From an uncultured Alphaproteobacteria bacterium (GTDB lineage Bacteria > Pseudomonadota > Alphaproteobacteria > RF32 > CAG-239), in assembly GCA_944391515.1 (NCBI GenBank), contig CALXTW010000001.1, positions 1,378-65,377 on the forward strand: a stretch of DNA of 64,000 nucleotides, given 5' to 3'. This document shows, one piece after another, positions 8,751 through 20,653 of the stretch. How positions within the stretch are numbered: position 1 is the stretch's first letter; each line of letters starts with the position of its first letter. Below the pieces are notes generated by a model that saw only the letters and a list, made by a program, of their open reading frames with translations, did no database searches and was not told the origin of the DNA. The position numbers and the translations under genes were made by a program.

Positions 8751-10042
8751 CTTCTGCCTCTTCCTCGAGGCAAGTTATTTGGGCGTGTTTGACGACCTCT
8801 GGGATTGGTCGGACGGTTGTTTCCTTGATTAGAATTTTGTGGGCCAAGAGCTCTTTGTAAACGCGTTTTGGTTTTGGCGTCTAAGTTTTGCAAAAATTCT
8901 TTAGAAATATGCGGAGCTCCCTTGGTTTTGACCCGCGGAGAAGATTCCAAACAAGCAATCAGTAAACGAGCTTTGAACTCATCATCTTCTATATTGGCAA
9001 ATTCTATCTGACAATTATCCTTAACAGCTTTGGCGACAATATTACTAAAGTCCTTAATTGACGGAATATCATCTTCACCGTTGGCATTTTGCGCACCTAG
9101 AGAGAGGTTATATTCGTTATTGGCCTCAATATTGAGTTTTGAACCATCGGCATGAGTAATGTCGGCAACAAAGTTCTTGTTATCAAGGTCTTCATTATAG
9201 GTTGCATTCTCTCTAGCAGCCACGGCTTTAAGGTGCTGACGCCAACCGTCCTTCCAATTATCGTTATTATGCGGCAAAACAGGCAGGTTGTTTTGGTGTG
9301 AAATGGTAACCGCTTTGACCAAGCCCGGCATATTTTCCAAAGTTTCACGCATGGAGGCAATACATTCATCACAAAAAGGTGGCTGCCCCCTTTGCTTGCG
9401 GTCTAATCGCTCCTGAGTTAGTCCGATAAAGCCGCTTTCTCCCATGATACATTTGTTATTGGTGCAGTGGACACCTAAATCAGGATCTTCTTTAATATGC
9501 GAACGAGTGGCGTGAGTAGCGTTCAGAATGTGTCCGAATTCGTGAATAAAAATGGTGATAAACAATTCTTTATCGGTGCAATTTTCAAGCGAGAGGACAG
9601 AATTGAGTTTTTCTATGCCATAGCCGTAAAATTTCGGTTCTATGGTTTGGTTAAGCAAAGTTACAACCAAATCCTGCGAATTTTCACGCACCATCTTTTC
9701 GGCCTTGAGGCGGGCATAGTGCTCCATATCCACCGCGTTAATTCCTTTGGCTTTATTTTGCTCTGAAGCCACAGCCAAAAACCAAGCCTCTGAGGCATAA
9801 GGAACCAAATATCTGCCATTGGGAAGTTTAAAATATTTTGATTTTAATTCATCATTAGGCAGCGCCGTATATTCAGCAACCGAAATTTCACTCTTGTTTT
9901 TGGGGTGACAATCATCAAACTCAATTTGGAAAGACGATTTATATTCCGGAAACATAGATAACATCTCTTGGGCGGCTTCTTTTGCCCAAATTTTATAATG
10001 TGGCGGAGTTCCTGCCGGTGTTTCCAAAATCAGCTTTTTCAT
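8747..10042 (-). CDS. Archaemetzincin-like zinc metalloprotease (HExxH + CX4CXM + CXXC) with a C-terminal Arg/Gly/Asn-rich disordered tail
   Basis: FIHEFGHILN...LGVHCTNNKCIMG...FCDECIAS reproduces the AMZ HExxH...HCx4CxM...CxxC zinc-site architecture. The tail is GPQNSNQGNNRPTNPRGRQTRPNNLPRGRGRS. The start is adjacent to the stop of the upstream 634-aa ORF. Confidence 0.6.
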   Translation of the reverse strand: MKKLILETPAGTPPHYKIWAKEAAQEMLSMFPEYKSSFQIEFDDCHPKNKSEISVAEYTALPNDELKSKYFKLPNGRYLVPYASEAWFLAVASEQNKAKGINAVDMEHYARLKAEKMVRENSQDLVVTLLNQTIEPKFYGYGIEKLNSVLSLENCTDKELFITIFIHEFGHILNATHATRSHIKEDPDLGVHCTNNKCIMGESGFIGLTQERLDRKQRGQPPFCDECIASMRETLENMPGLVKAVTISHQNNLPVLPHNNDNWKDGWRQHLKAVAARENATYNEDLDNKNFVADITHADGSKLNIEANNEYNLSLGAQNANGEDDIPSIKDFSNIVAKAVKDNCQIEFANIEDDEFKARLLIACLESSPRVKTKGAPHISKEFLQNLDAKTKTRLQRALGPQNSNQGNNRPTNPRGRQTRPNNLPRGRGRS

Positions 10043-10044
10043 GA

Positions 10045-11949
10045 TTATTTCCCCTTTCCTCCGGCTTTGAAGAGTTTGAGTAAGGTTTTCTCTATCGGAC
10101 GCTCTACCGTATAAAGATGTTTTAGATCTTCGGCATGTCTTTCACCCATACGGGTTGATGGCTTTTTGAAATCATTTAGCTTAAACATTTCACTTATTAA
10201 ATTACCTGAAACCATTCGACGGCGACGTTGGTCATACATATTAGCTAAGCGTTCTTCGGCAAGAGCTTGCTCTTCGGAAGACAAATTTTTATTTTTTTTG
10301 CGCAAAATAGATGTGGCTCTTTGTTGCTCCTCTTTTGAGTGAGCAAAGAGTTTGAAAATATTGTTTCTTTGGCGTTTGAGCAAAATATTGTGCGCGTCAA
10401 AAAAGTATGATTGCTCGGGAATATGACTGAAATAGGCCTCAAAACCTTTTAGGTTAAACTTTTCTTCCGTTGAATTGGTGAGCTCGGCAAATAAAGCTAC
10501 TTGCTTAAACCAATCGGATTTGTAGTCGCCACATTGATATTCAAAATCACGATTTTTGAGAATATTGGCATTTTTTTGGTCGCACCAATGCAATAAATCA
10601 ACCATTTGCGGAGAAATACCAACTTTCTGAGATTCTATATTTTGAATGATTTTATGATTTAGCAATCTTAAAAAGACGCCATATTGCTTGGTATTGGTAT
10701 AGCCTTCCAGCATAAAATCTTGAGAAAGTGTATCTAAGCTCAAATCGCCGGTGAGGGGCGGACGCGTATTTTCTTTTTCCATATTCGCGGCAATAATTTC
10801 TAAGGTTTGTGCCGCGGTTTGATTAGTGCCTTGATCAACAATTTGTTCATAACGGCTTATGTCTAAGTAAGATGGCAAAAATTCATCATTACCAAAGTTT
10901 TTCAAGTCAGTTTTGATGTGTTCGGCTGCTTGAGTTTTGGCTTTTTCATCCGAAGAAAGATGGGAATGGTAGTAATCCAACATATGGTTTACAAGTTCCT
11001 CGGTTCCGATGTTTTCACTATGAATAAAATCTCGTAAACCGCTAAAATCAGCATTTTCTAGAGCAATCGCTTGAGTTCTGATGGTTTCTCTTTTTTGCAT
11101 ATCCGGAGTGGGAACTTCTTTTAATACGCCTAAAGCTTTGTTTAAGGCTAAAGGCGTCCAACGGCTGGTTTGCAGAAGGATATTATATCCCATCAGACCA
11201 TATTCGCCAAATTCACAATCATGCTCCCCAACTAAGGTTTGGAAGTTTTCATTCTTATTGGCAAAAGGCACGACATTTTTAACAAAACCTTGCGCCATTA
11301 CATCATCTATTTTGCCCTCATTTTGATAGGCATTGTCTATCTCTTCGCCAAATTTTACAATATCTCGTGGATTTTTTAATTTCGGTAGGGCTTGGGTGAG
11401 AATTTTGAGTTTGTTAAAATAACTCTTGGAATCTCCTTCATAAAGCGAGCTAAAAGCCGACATAGATAACGGAAACTTATCGCGAACACTTAAACCATTA
11501 TCAGGATTAGTAATGGTTTCTGCTGCTTTTAACATTACATTTTGAAGTTTTTTGTCATTAATCTTATCGGGTGTATAGGTCAGCATGGCTTTGGCTGACT
11601 GAGCAAAAATGTTACGATACAGTGCCTCTTCACTCTCACTTGAGGCTGAGGGCATAATTTTATCGGCAAATCGTTCAGAATAAATTTTCAGGCTTTGTAA
11701 TACATCCAACGGAAGCTCATTTAAGTGTCTGAAACCTTGGTTCCAGTTTTTGCTTACGGCGCCTTCTTGTTTTTCTGGATTAAAATACCCCATATCTCCT
11801 AAATTGTATGCCATTTCAGCCATAATTTTGGCTGATTGCGCCGCATCTTTGGCGCTAATCTCTGGGTGGAGCTGTTTGATTTCGGCAATTGCATTTTTGG
11901 CAGGTGCCGTGCGGATAAAAGCGCTGTATAATTCGTCAAAATCGCTCAT
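10045..11949 (-). CDS. Large hypothetical protein (634 aa), first gene of an operon with the AMZ-like protease
   Basis: Long uninterrupted ORF with a Lys-rich C-terminus. No recognisable catalytic motif. The stop at 10045 is 2 nt before the start of the next gene. Confidence 0.55.
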   Translation of the reverse strand: MSDFDELYSAFIRTAPAKNAIAEIKQLHPEISAKDAAQSAKIMAEMAYNLGDMGYFNPEKQEGAVSKNWNQGFRHLNELPLDVLQSLKIYSERFADKIMPSASSESEEALYRNIFAQSAKAMLTYTPDKINDKKLQNVMLKAAETITNPDNGLSVRDKFPLSMSAFSSLYEGDSKSYFNKLKILTQALPKLKNPRDIVKFGEEIDNAYQNEGKIDDVMAQGFVKNVVPFANKNENFQTLVGEHDCEFGEYGLMGYNILLQTSRWTPLALNKALGVLKEVPTPDMQKRETIRTQAIALENADFSGLRDFIHSENIGTEELVNHMLDYYHSHLSSDEKAKTQAAEHIKTDLKNFGNDEFLPSYLDISRYEQIVDQGTNQTAAQTLEIIAANMEKENTRPPLTGDLSLDTLSQDFMLEGYTNTKQYGVFLRLLNHKIIQNIESQKVGISPQMVDLLHWCDQKNANILKNRDFEYQCGDYKSDWFKQVALFAELTNSTEEKFNLKGFEAYFSHIPEQSYFFDAHNILLKRQRNNIFKLFAHSKEEQQRATSILRKKNKNLSSEEQALAEERLANMYDQRRRRMVSGNLISEMFKLNDFKKPSTRMGERHAEDLKHLYTVERPIEKTLLKLFKAGGKGK

Positions 11950-12110
11950 GGGTTCTTCCTTAAAACTTACTAGCTTGAGTGTAGCATAAGTGGAAAATTT
12001 TGTCTAGAACCAAAATGGTTAAAAAATCGTTGCAAAAGATGCAAAAAAATCCTTTGAACCGTTGATATCTTTAATTTATCGCTTGGTAAAATTTTGGGTT
12101 TGGTGTATAG

Positions 12111-14591
<2,481 letters not shown>

Positions 14592-14610
14592 TCCGCTTAA
14601 AAAGCACAAA

Positions 14611-14639
14611 AAAGCCGCTCTTCGTGAGCGGTTTTTTTG
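14611..14639 (+). terminator. Rho-independent terminator after gyrB
   Basis: aaagccgctc ttcgtg agcggttt followed by a T-run. Confidence 0.55.
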
Positions 14640-14789
14640 TGATGGATTTAAGGCTTATTTTGTATTGCAAATTTCAGGATATTCCCAGTTTCCCGACAAG
14701 AGGAAACATTCTTGAGGAGAAAAATCAAATTTGCACTCATTTGCGTTAATGTTCCAAACCTTTTGATTTAAATCATCTATTTTTTATGG

Positions 14790-14818
14790 TTGCAAATTTT
14801 TTTATCTCAATTTATGAT
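14790..14818 (+). promoter_or_regulatory. Sigma70-like promoter TTGCAA-17-TATGAT driving the structured RNA
   Basis: -35 TTGCAA 14790-14795, 17-nt spacer, -10 TATGAT 14813-14818. Confidence 0.45.
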
Positions 14819-14825
14819 GTTTTTT

Positions 14826-15020
14826 GCAAACGGGGTGGTAACCGTTTGTGGAGACTCAAAACTCCAGATAGTAAACCAGCCCTCCTTCGGGGAGGAATAC
14901 CACTCTCTCTTTTGAGGGGTGGATGTAATAAGCTTTCTCTTCGGAGGAGGTCGAATAAGTCCGACACTACTATCTGTGTTTTGAGCCCCTCACCTTTAAT
15001 TTTTTAGAGGTGATTTTTTT
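14826..15020 (+). ncRNA. Candidate structured RNA (sRNA or regulatory leader) with alternative pairings and an intrinsic terminator
   Basis: Local hairpins caaacgg/ccgtttg and ccctcc-UUCG-ggagg. Three mutually complementary segments: ctcaaaac (14853), ttttgagggg (14909) and gttttgagcccctcacc (14979). The last overlaps the terminator stem tcacct...aggtga+T7 (about 14989-15020). Confidence 0.4.
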
Positions 15021-15129
15021 ACCTAAATATTTGGTTCTTTGATACGGAAAATTTGTCTTGTTTCATTGAGCCTTAAGCGGCGGTGTTGGACTGAGACCGG
15101 CACTGCCCACAAATAGGGAGTGTAAAATT

Positions 15130-15576
15130 ATGTCTGCAAACAGAGGAAGATTGCCTGACGGCTCTGCAAACCCCATTGACAAGCATATCGGAGCGCAAAT
15201 CAAAAGACGGCGTTTGATGTTGGGGCTTTCTCAACAAGAATTGGCCGACCAGCTTGGATTAACCTTTCAACAAGTGCAAAAATATGAGCAGGGTGCTAAC
15301 CGTGTTAATGGTAGCCGGATGTGGGATATTTGCCAAGTATTGCAAATTGAGCCCAATTTTTTGTTTGAGGGGTTGGATAAAGACTCTCTTGATAACAGCC
15401 CCAGAATGTTAAAATGCTCAATCGAAATAGCATATGGCAGAGATGATATTGTTTTGCAAGACCCGCTTTCTCGCCCCGAAACCTTAGAGTTGGTTACGGC
15501 TTACTACAAAATTGACCCGATTTTAAGAGTGCTCTTTTTGCAAGTCATTAAGTGTTGTGCCACCAGAGCGCATTAA
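15130..15576 (+). CDS. XRE-family helix-turn-helix transcriptional regulator (alphaproteobacterial type)
   Basis: LGLSQQELADQLGLTFQQVQKYEQGANRV is an HTH_XRE signature. RBS agggag. Paralog of 58319..58774. Confidence 0.75.
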   Translation: MSANRGRLPDGSANPIDKHIGAQIKRRRLMLGLSQQELADQLGLTFQQVQKYEQGANRVNGSRMWDICQVLQIEPNFLFEGLDKDSLDNSPRMLKCSIEIAYGRDDIVLQDPLSRPETLELVTAYYKIDPILRVLFLQVIKCCATRAH

Positions 15577-18338
15577 TGCGCTTGGGCCCAGTTGTCGCCG
15601 ATACCGACTTCGGCAATAAAGGGAACATCATAATTCACCACGTTTTGCATGGTTTCTTTTATCATTTCTGAGACGGCGGTAACCTCTTCTTCGGGTGCTT
15701 CAAACACCAATTCATCATGCACTTGTAAGAGCATTTTGGTTTTGAAATTTCCTTGTTGCAATTTTTTAAATACAGCGTTCATTGCCATTTTGATAATATC
15801 GGCCGCACCGCCTTGTATCGGTGCATTTATGGCCGCACGTTCAGCGTTCATGGAAACACGCTTATTCTTATCGTTTATGCCATTTACTGTGCATTTGCGC
15901 CCAAATGGCGTTAGGACATAGCCGTTTTTGTGAGCAAAGGCTTTGGTGTCTTCCATAAACTGTTTTATCTCAGGCATTTCACGAAAATAAGCATCAATAT
16001 AAGCCTTGGCCTCTTCGGTGGAGACATCAATCTGCTTGGCCAAGCCATACTGCGAAATGCCGTAAATAATACCAAAATTTATGGCCTTGGCATGGCGGCG
16101 TTGATTGGGTGTGACCTCACTCAAAGGCACGCCAAAAACTCTTGAAGCGGTTGAAGCATGAATATCTTTGTTTTCGGCAAAGGCTTGTTTGAGCCCGTGG
16201 ACATTGGCCACCACCGCCATGAGCCGAAGTTCAACCTGAGAATAGTCTGCCGCCACAATCTTACAGCCCTTGGAAGCAACAAAACTTTCGCGAATTTTTT
16301 TGCCCTCTTCACTGCGAATAGGAATATTTTGCAAATTCGGGTTATTGGACGCCAGACGTCCGGTTGAGGTGGTGATTTGATTATAGGTGGTGTGGACGCG
16401 ATCTGCCTTATCCATTTGCTCGGTTAGGGCATCGGTATAAGTGGATTTGAGTTTGCTCAAGGCGCGCCAATCCAAAATGCGGGCGGCGAGTTCATTGCCC
16501 TCGGCGGCTAAGTCCTCAAGCACCTCGGCTCCGGTTTGCCATGCGCCGGTCGCCGTTTTTTTGCCCTTGGCACCTAATTTACCAAACAAAATATCGCCGA
16601 TTTGCTTGGGCGAGGCGATGTTAAACTCCTCTCCGGCAAGGTGATAAATTTGTTGCTCGTAGTCTTGCATTTTGGTAGCAAAATCAGCACTCAAGCGGCG
16701 TAAATTCTCACGATTGACTTTTATGCCCGCACTTTCCATAGTTTGCAAAATACGAACCAAGGGGCGGTCAAGGTCTTCATAAACACTCATTTGGTGCTCG
16801 GAAAACAGGCGTGGTTTTAAGACTTGGTGCAAACGCAAGGTAAAGTCTGCGTCCTCGGCGGCATAAGCCAAGGCTTTGTCTAATTCAACCTTATCAAAAG
16901 TGATTTTGTTTTTGCCTGAGCCGCAAACCTCCTCATAAGCTATCATTTGGTGGTCAAAATAGGTTTTGGCTAATTCATCGAGCCCATGGCCGTGTTCGGT
17001 ACCATCTAAGACATAAGAAATAACTGCCGTATCGTCATAAGGCGCAATTAGGCAATCAGCGCCTAAAACTTGTTGCATAAAGTGCATGTCAAATTTGATG
17101 TTATGGCCGATTTTGAGTATCGACTTGCCCTCAAACAAGGGTTTGAGATATTTGGCGATAATCTCATAGCTTAATTGTTGCGGGGCATTTGTTTGATTAG
17201 AACCAAAAAGGTCTAAATTTGACTTTTCATCACTCTTGAAATGGTTGAGCGGAACATAGCAAGCCTCTCCGGCAGAAGTCGCCATAGAAAAGCCCACAAT
17301 CTTATCAAACTGCGGATTGAGCCCATTGGTTTCGGTATCAAAGGCAAAATAGCCGGTTTGCTTGATTTTTTCTGCCCAGAGCTTTAAGGTCTTTTCATCT
17401 TGGACAAGCTGATAATTGGCTTTTATCTCTTGAGGCTGCGCTTTAAATACAGTGTTCTCACCTTCTTCGGAACAGCGTTCAGAAACCCATTTTTCAACCC
17501 TAGGACGAATGGAATTAAACCCATAGCGCGAGACAAAATCCATGATGGTACCAAGGTCTGGTTTTTGGCAAGGAAAATCCTCAATCGGCTGGGTGGTGGG
17601 AACATCGGCTTTAAGGGTTACCAATTGGAGTGAGATTTCTGCTTGGTCCTTATTTGCTATCAAGGTTTCGCGGCGTTTGTTTTGTTTGATTTCTTCAGCG
17701 CGAGCCAAAACCTCACCTAGGGAGCCAAATTGATTAATGAGTTCGGCAGCTGTTTTGAGCCCAATGCCCGGAACGCCTGGAATATTATCGGTGCTGTCAC
17801 CGGCAAGCGCCTGAACATCAACCACGCGATTGGGATATACACCAAACTTTTCACGCACGTCTTCAGGGGTGAAGTATTTGTCTTTCATCGGGTCAAAAAA
17901 CTCAACACCGGGGCGTATTAACTGCATCAAATCTTTATCGGCCGAAACAATCGTGACCTCATAGCCTTTTTGCAGGGATTGGGCAGCATAGGTAGCGATT
18001 AGGTCGTCAGCCTCATAGCCTTCCATATCCAAAAAGTGCAAATTAAGCGCTTTTACCGCTTGGTGAATAATCTCAAACTGAGGGATTAAATCCTCGGGAA
18101 TTTCTTTTCTGGTGCCTTTGTAATCAGGAAAAATATCGTTGCGGAAATTTTGCCTTTTGGCATCAAACAACACCAGCCAATAGTCGCTTTTGATTTTTTG
18201 CGTCAGGCGCATAAACATATTGGTAAAGCCATAAACCGCGTTTACAGGTGTTCCCTCTGGACTGGTCAAAGGTGGAAGGGCGTAAAATGCTCGGAAAATG
18301 TATCCAGAGCCATCAATTAGGCATACTTTTTTGGTCAT
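15573..18338 (-). CDS. polA: DNA polymerase I
   Basis: 5'-3' exo N-terminus (VCLIDGSGYIFRAFYA). 3'-5' exo (FAFDTETNGL). Polymerase motifs RRHAKAINFGIIYG and LLQVHDELVFE. 921 aa. Confidence 0.95.
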   Translation of the reverse strand: MTKKVCLIDGSGYIFRAFYALPPLTSPEGTPVNAVYGFTNMFMRLTQKIKSDYWLVLFDAKRQNFRNDIFPDYKGTRKEIPEDLIPQFEIIHQAVKALNLHFLDMEGYEADDLIATYAAQSLQKGYEVTIVSADKDLMQLIRPGVEFFDPMKDKYFTPEDVREKFGVYPNRVVDVQALAGDSTDNIPGVPGIGLKTAAELINQFGSLGEVLARAEEIKQNKRRETLIANKDQAEISLQLVTLKADVPTTQPIEDFPCQKPDLGTIMDFVSRYGFNSIRPRVEKWVSERCSEEGENTVFKAQPQEIKANYQLVQDEKTLKLWAEKIKQTGYFAFDTETNGLNPQFDKIVGFSMATSAGEACYVPLNHFKSDEKSNLDLFGSNQTNAPQQLSYEIIAKYLKPLFEGKSILKIGHNIKFDMHFMQQVLGADCLIAPYDDTAVISYVLDGTEHGHGLDELAKTYFDHQMIAYEEVCGSGKNKITFDKVELDKALAYAAEDADFTLRLHQVLKPRLFSEHQMSVYEDLDRPLVRILQTMESAGIKVNRENLRRLSADFATKMQDYEQQIYHLAGEEFNIASPKQIGDILFGKLGAKGKKTATGAWQTGAEVLEDLAAEGNELAARILDWRALSKLKSTYTDALTEQMDKADRVHTTYNQITTSTGRLASNNPNLQNIPIRSEEGKKIRESFVASKGCKIVAADYSQVELRLMAVVANVHGLKQAFAENKDIHASTASRVFGVPLSEVTPNQRRHAKAINFGIIYGISQYGLAKQIDVSTEEAKAYIDAYFREMPEIKQFMEDTKAFAHKNGYVLTPFGRKCTVNGINDKNKRVSMNAERAAINAPIQGGAADIIKMAMNAVFKKLQQGNFKTKMLLQVHDELVFEAPEEEVTAVSEMIKETMQNVVNYDVPFIAEVGIGDNWAQAH
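17442..17455 (+). repeat. Copy of the 14-bp dispersed motif TTTAAATACAGTGT (inside polA)
   Basis: Exact match. Encodes NTVFKA on the coding (minus) strand. Confidence 0.8.
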
Positions 18339-18423
18339 CTTGTCTCACTTGATTGGGATGATTGATTAAATTATGCGTTCAATATAATGCAGAAATTAAA
18401 AAATACCAAGCCTTGCTTTAGAC

Positions 18424-18618
18424 TTATTCCGCCGCTTGGAAAAAAAACGAACGTTCAGCAAAAGAAACACTGTTCATATCAGAAGAAAATTCATTGTTTT
18501 CAACATATTCCGCAACAGCTTTTTGCAGACTCTCTTCAACAGAGCAGTTGTTATTTTGAGACAGAGTTTGCAATTTCTCATATAATTCGGCAGAAAGTGA
18601 AACAGAAACAGTGTTCAT
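18424..18618 (-). CDS. Small ribbon-helix-helix (CopG/Arc-like) protein, possible solitary DNA-binding protein
   Basis: MNTVSVSLSAELYEKLQTL...SVEESLQKAV fits a beta-strand plus two helices RHH pattern. 64 aa. No toxin partner seen. Confidence 0.3.
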   Translation of the reverse strand: MNTVSVSLSAELYEKLQTLSQNNNCSVEESLQKAVAEYVENNEFSSDMNSVSFAERSFFFQAAE

Positions 18619-18697
18619 AAATTTTCCTTTAACTTATTCGTGGTAGGTTATAAATCTAGTTGTAAAATATTTTGAGAATCGGCGCAAGGACTTATAT

Positions 18698-20515
18698 ATG
18701 GCAAAAACTACGAAAAAGAAAAAAACCACCAAAAAACGGAAAAAAAGAGAGTCAAAACAAAGGGTTGCGAATCGGCTCTTTCTCTTAAAAATTTTTGCCT
18801 ACTTGGTGATAACTTTAGCTTGCTATTTGGCTTATTGCTTTTTGACTTTGCCCGATATTGAACAAGCGGTTACCAGAACCAGACAACCTTCCACCACCAT
18901 TACTGCTGAAAACGGCAACGAAGTGGCGACTTATGGGCAGGTTTATTCTGCTATCGTGATGCCTGATTATTTGCCAAAACACATGGTGGAAGCCATTATT
19001 GCCACCGAAGATAGGCGTTTTTATCAGCATTTCGGATTTGACGTGATTGCTTTTTCGCGGGCGATGGTGGTGAACCTCATCAAAGGACGCTATGCCCAAG
19101 GCGGAAGTACAATTACCCAACAAGTGGCCAAAAACCTCTTTTTAACCCCAAACAAAAATATCAAACGCAAAATTCAAGAATTGCTTTTGGCTTTTTGGCT
19201 CGAATATAAATTCTCCAAAGACCAGATTATGGCCTTGTATTTGAACCGAGTTTATTTGGGTGCCGGAACGTACGGCATTGAAGCCGCCGCCAACAAATAT
19301 TTTCAGAAAACATCGGCTGACCTAAACCTAAAAGAATCCGCCATTTTGGCCGGCATGCTTAAGGCACCTACAAGGTATAATCCTGCCGCCAACCCCGAAA
19401 GAGCCGAAGAAAGAGCTCGGGTTGTGCTGCAAAATATGGTTGATGAGGGATATATATCGGAAGAAGAGCGCCAACAAGCTCTTAAAATGAAAACCGGCGC
19501 ACTTGTCTCGGACAAAGTTGAGGGCGGAAAATATTTTGCAGATTGGGTATATGGCGACGTTAACGCTTACATCGGCGAGAGAGAAAACGATATTTATGTG
19601 TACACCACGCTCAACCAATATATTCAAGAAACAGCTGACAAAGTTTTGGCTCAAACCATTAAAGCCAACAAAAACAAAAACGTGACGCAAGGGGCTATCG
19701 TGGTGTTGGACAAGACAGGCGCAATCAAAGCCATGGTCGGCGGTGTGGATTACCACAAAAGTCAGTTTAACCGCGCCATAAACGCCTTGCGACAACCCGG
19801 GTCTTCGTTTAAGACGTTTGTGTATCTTTGCGCCTTGGAAAACGGCTACAAACCCGAAGATAAAATCGGCGATTTTCCAATTTCTATCGGTGATTGGCAA
19901 CCCGAAAACATTGATAAAAAATATCATGGTGAAGTCACTCTTAAGGAAGCTTTGGCAAAATCATATAACTTGGCAACGATTAATTTGGCGCAATCGCTCT
20001 CTTCTTCCAGCATTATCAAAATTGCTAAAAAAGCCGGTATTACCACCCCTATTCAAAACAGCCCGTCTTTGGCATTGGGTACATCCGAAGTCAAAGTTAT
20101 TGACATGGCCGTGGCCTATTCCGCTATTGCTAACGGCGGTTTTGCAACCTGGCCCTATGCCATTAAAGAAATTTATTCCAGAGACGGTTACCAGCTTTAT
20201 ATGCGTGAGATGACAGAGGCAGATAGAATCTTTGACGAAGACGCTGTGGAAGATATGACTAAAATGTTGGAAGCCGTTGTTAATCAAGGCACAGGACGAA
20301 AAGCCAGACTTCCATTCTTTGCTGCGGGCAAAACCGGAACTTCTCAAGACTACCGTGATGCTTGGTTTGTCGGCTTTACCGACAAATATGTTGCCGCAGT
20401 TTGGCTCGGAAATGATGATAACTCACCTATGAAAAACGTTGGCGGAAGTTCTCTCCCTGCTGAAATTTGGCGAAAAGTCATGTTGGCGGCGCACAGCCCG
20501 CAGGCCGAGGAGTAA
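18698..20515 (+). CDS. Class A penicillin-binding protein (transglycosylase + transpeptidase), short form
   Basis: N-terminal TM anchor. GT51 motifs EDRRFYQHFGFD, GGSTITQQVAKN, RVYLGAG. Transpeptidase SSFK, SYN, KTGT motifs. 605 aa. Confidence 0.85.
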   Translation: MAKTTKKKKTTKKRKKRESKQRVANRLFLLKIFAYLVITLACYLAYCFLTLPDIEQAVTRTRQPSTTITAENGNEVATYGQVYSAIVMPDYLPKHMVEAIIATEDRRFYQHFGFDVIAFSRAMVVNLIKGRYAQGGSTITQQVAKNLFLTPNKNIKRKIQELLLAFWLEYKFSKDQIMALYLNRVYLGAGTYGIEAAANKYFQKTSADLNLKESAILAGMLKAPTRYNPAANPERAEERARVVLQNMVDEGYISEEERQQALKMKTGALVSDKVEGGKYFADWVYGDVNAYIGERENDIYVYTTLNQYIQETADKVLAQTIKANKNKNVTQGAIVVLDKTGAIKAMVGGVDYHKSQFNRAINALRQPGSSFKTFVYLCALENGYKPEDKIGDFPISIGDWQPENIDKKYHGEVTLKEALAKSYNLATINLAQSLSSSSIIKIAKKAGITTPIQNSPSLALGTSEVKVIDMAVAYSAIANGGFATWPYAIKEIYSRDGYQLYMREMTEADRIFDEDAVEDMTKMLEAVVNQGTGRKARLPFFAAGKTGTSQDYRDAWFVGFTDKYVAAVWLGNDDNSPMKNVGGSSLPAEIWRKVMLAAHSPQAEE

Positions 20516-20653
20516 AAAACTTAATAAAATTGTGTTTGAACAATAAAAATAGTGCTTTTTTATTCGTTTTTATTATATATAATACGCTACAGATTTAATT
20601 GATTAAAATCTGCTTTTTGGCAGAAGTTTTTTATTGTTGAAAGTGAGTTATAA

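Noticed and set aside
14786-15007. 73-aa ORF from the track overlapping the GC-rich structured region
   Set aside because: Arg/Gly/Leu-rich translation of a hairpin-rich sequence. No RBS. Better explained as RNA structure.
14826-15020. Possibility that the structured RNA is tmRNA, RNase P RNA or SRP RNA
   Set aside because: Too short for tmRNA or RNase P. No tag-peptide reading frame or T-arm. The genuine SRP RNA motif was found elsewhere, at 29138..29236.
19328-19927. 199-aa minus-strand ORF inside the PBP gene, and similar antisense ORFs (7025..7414, 12852..13280, 21200..21613, 61034..61552)
   Set aside because: Fully embedded antisense to strongly supported genes and lacking start context. 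Typical shadow ORFs.
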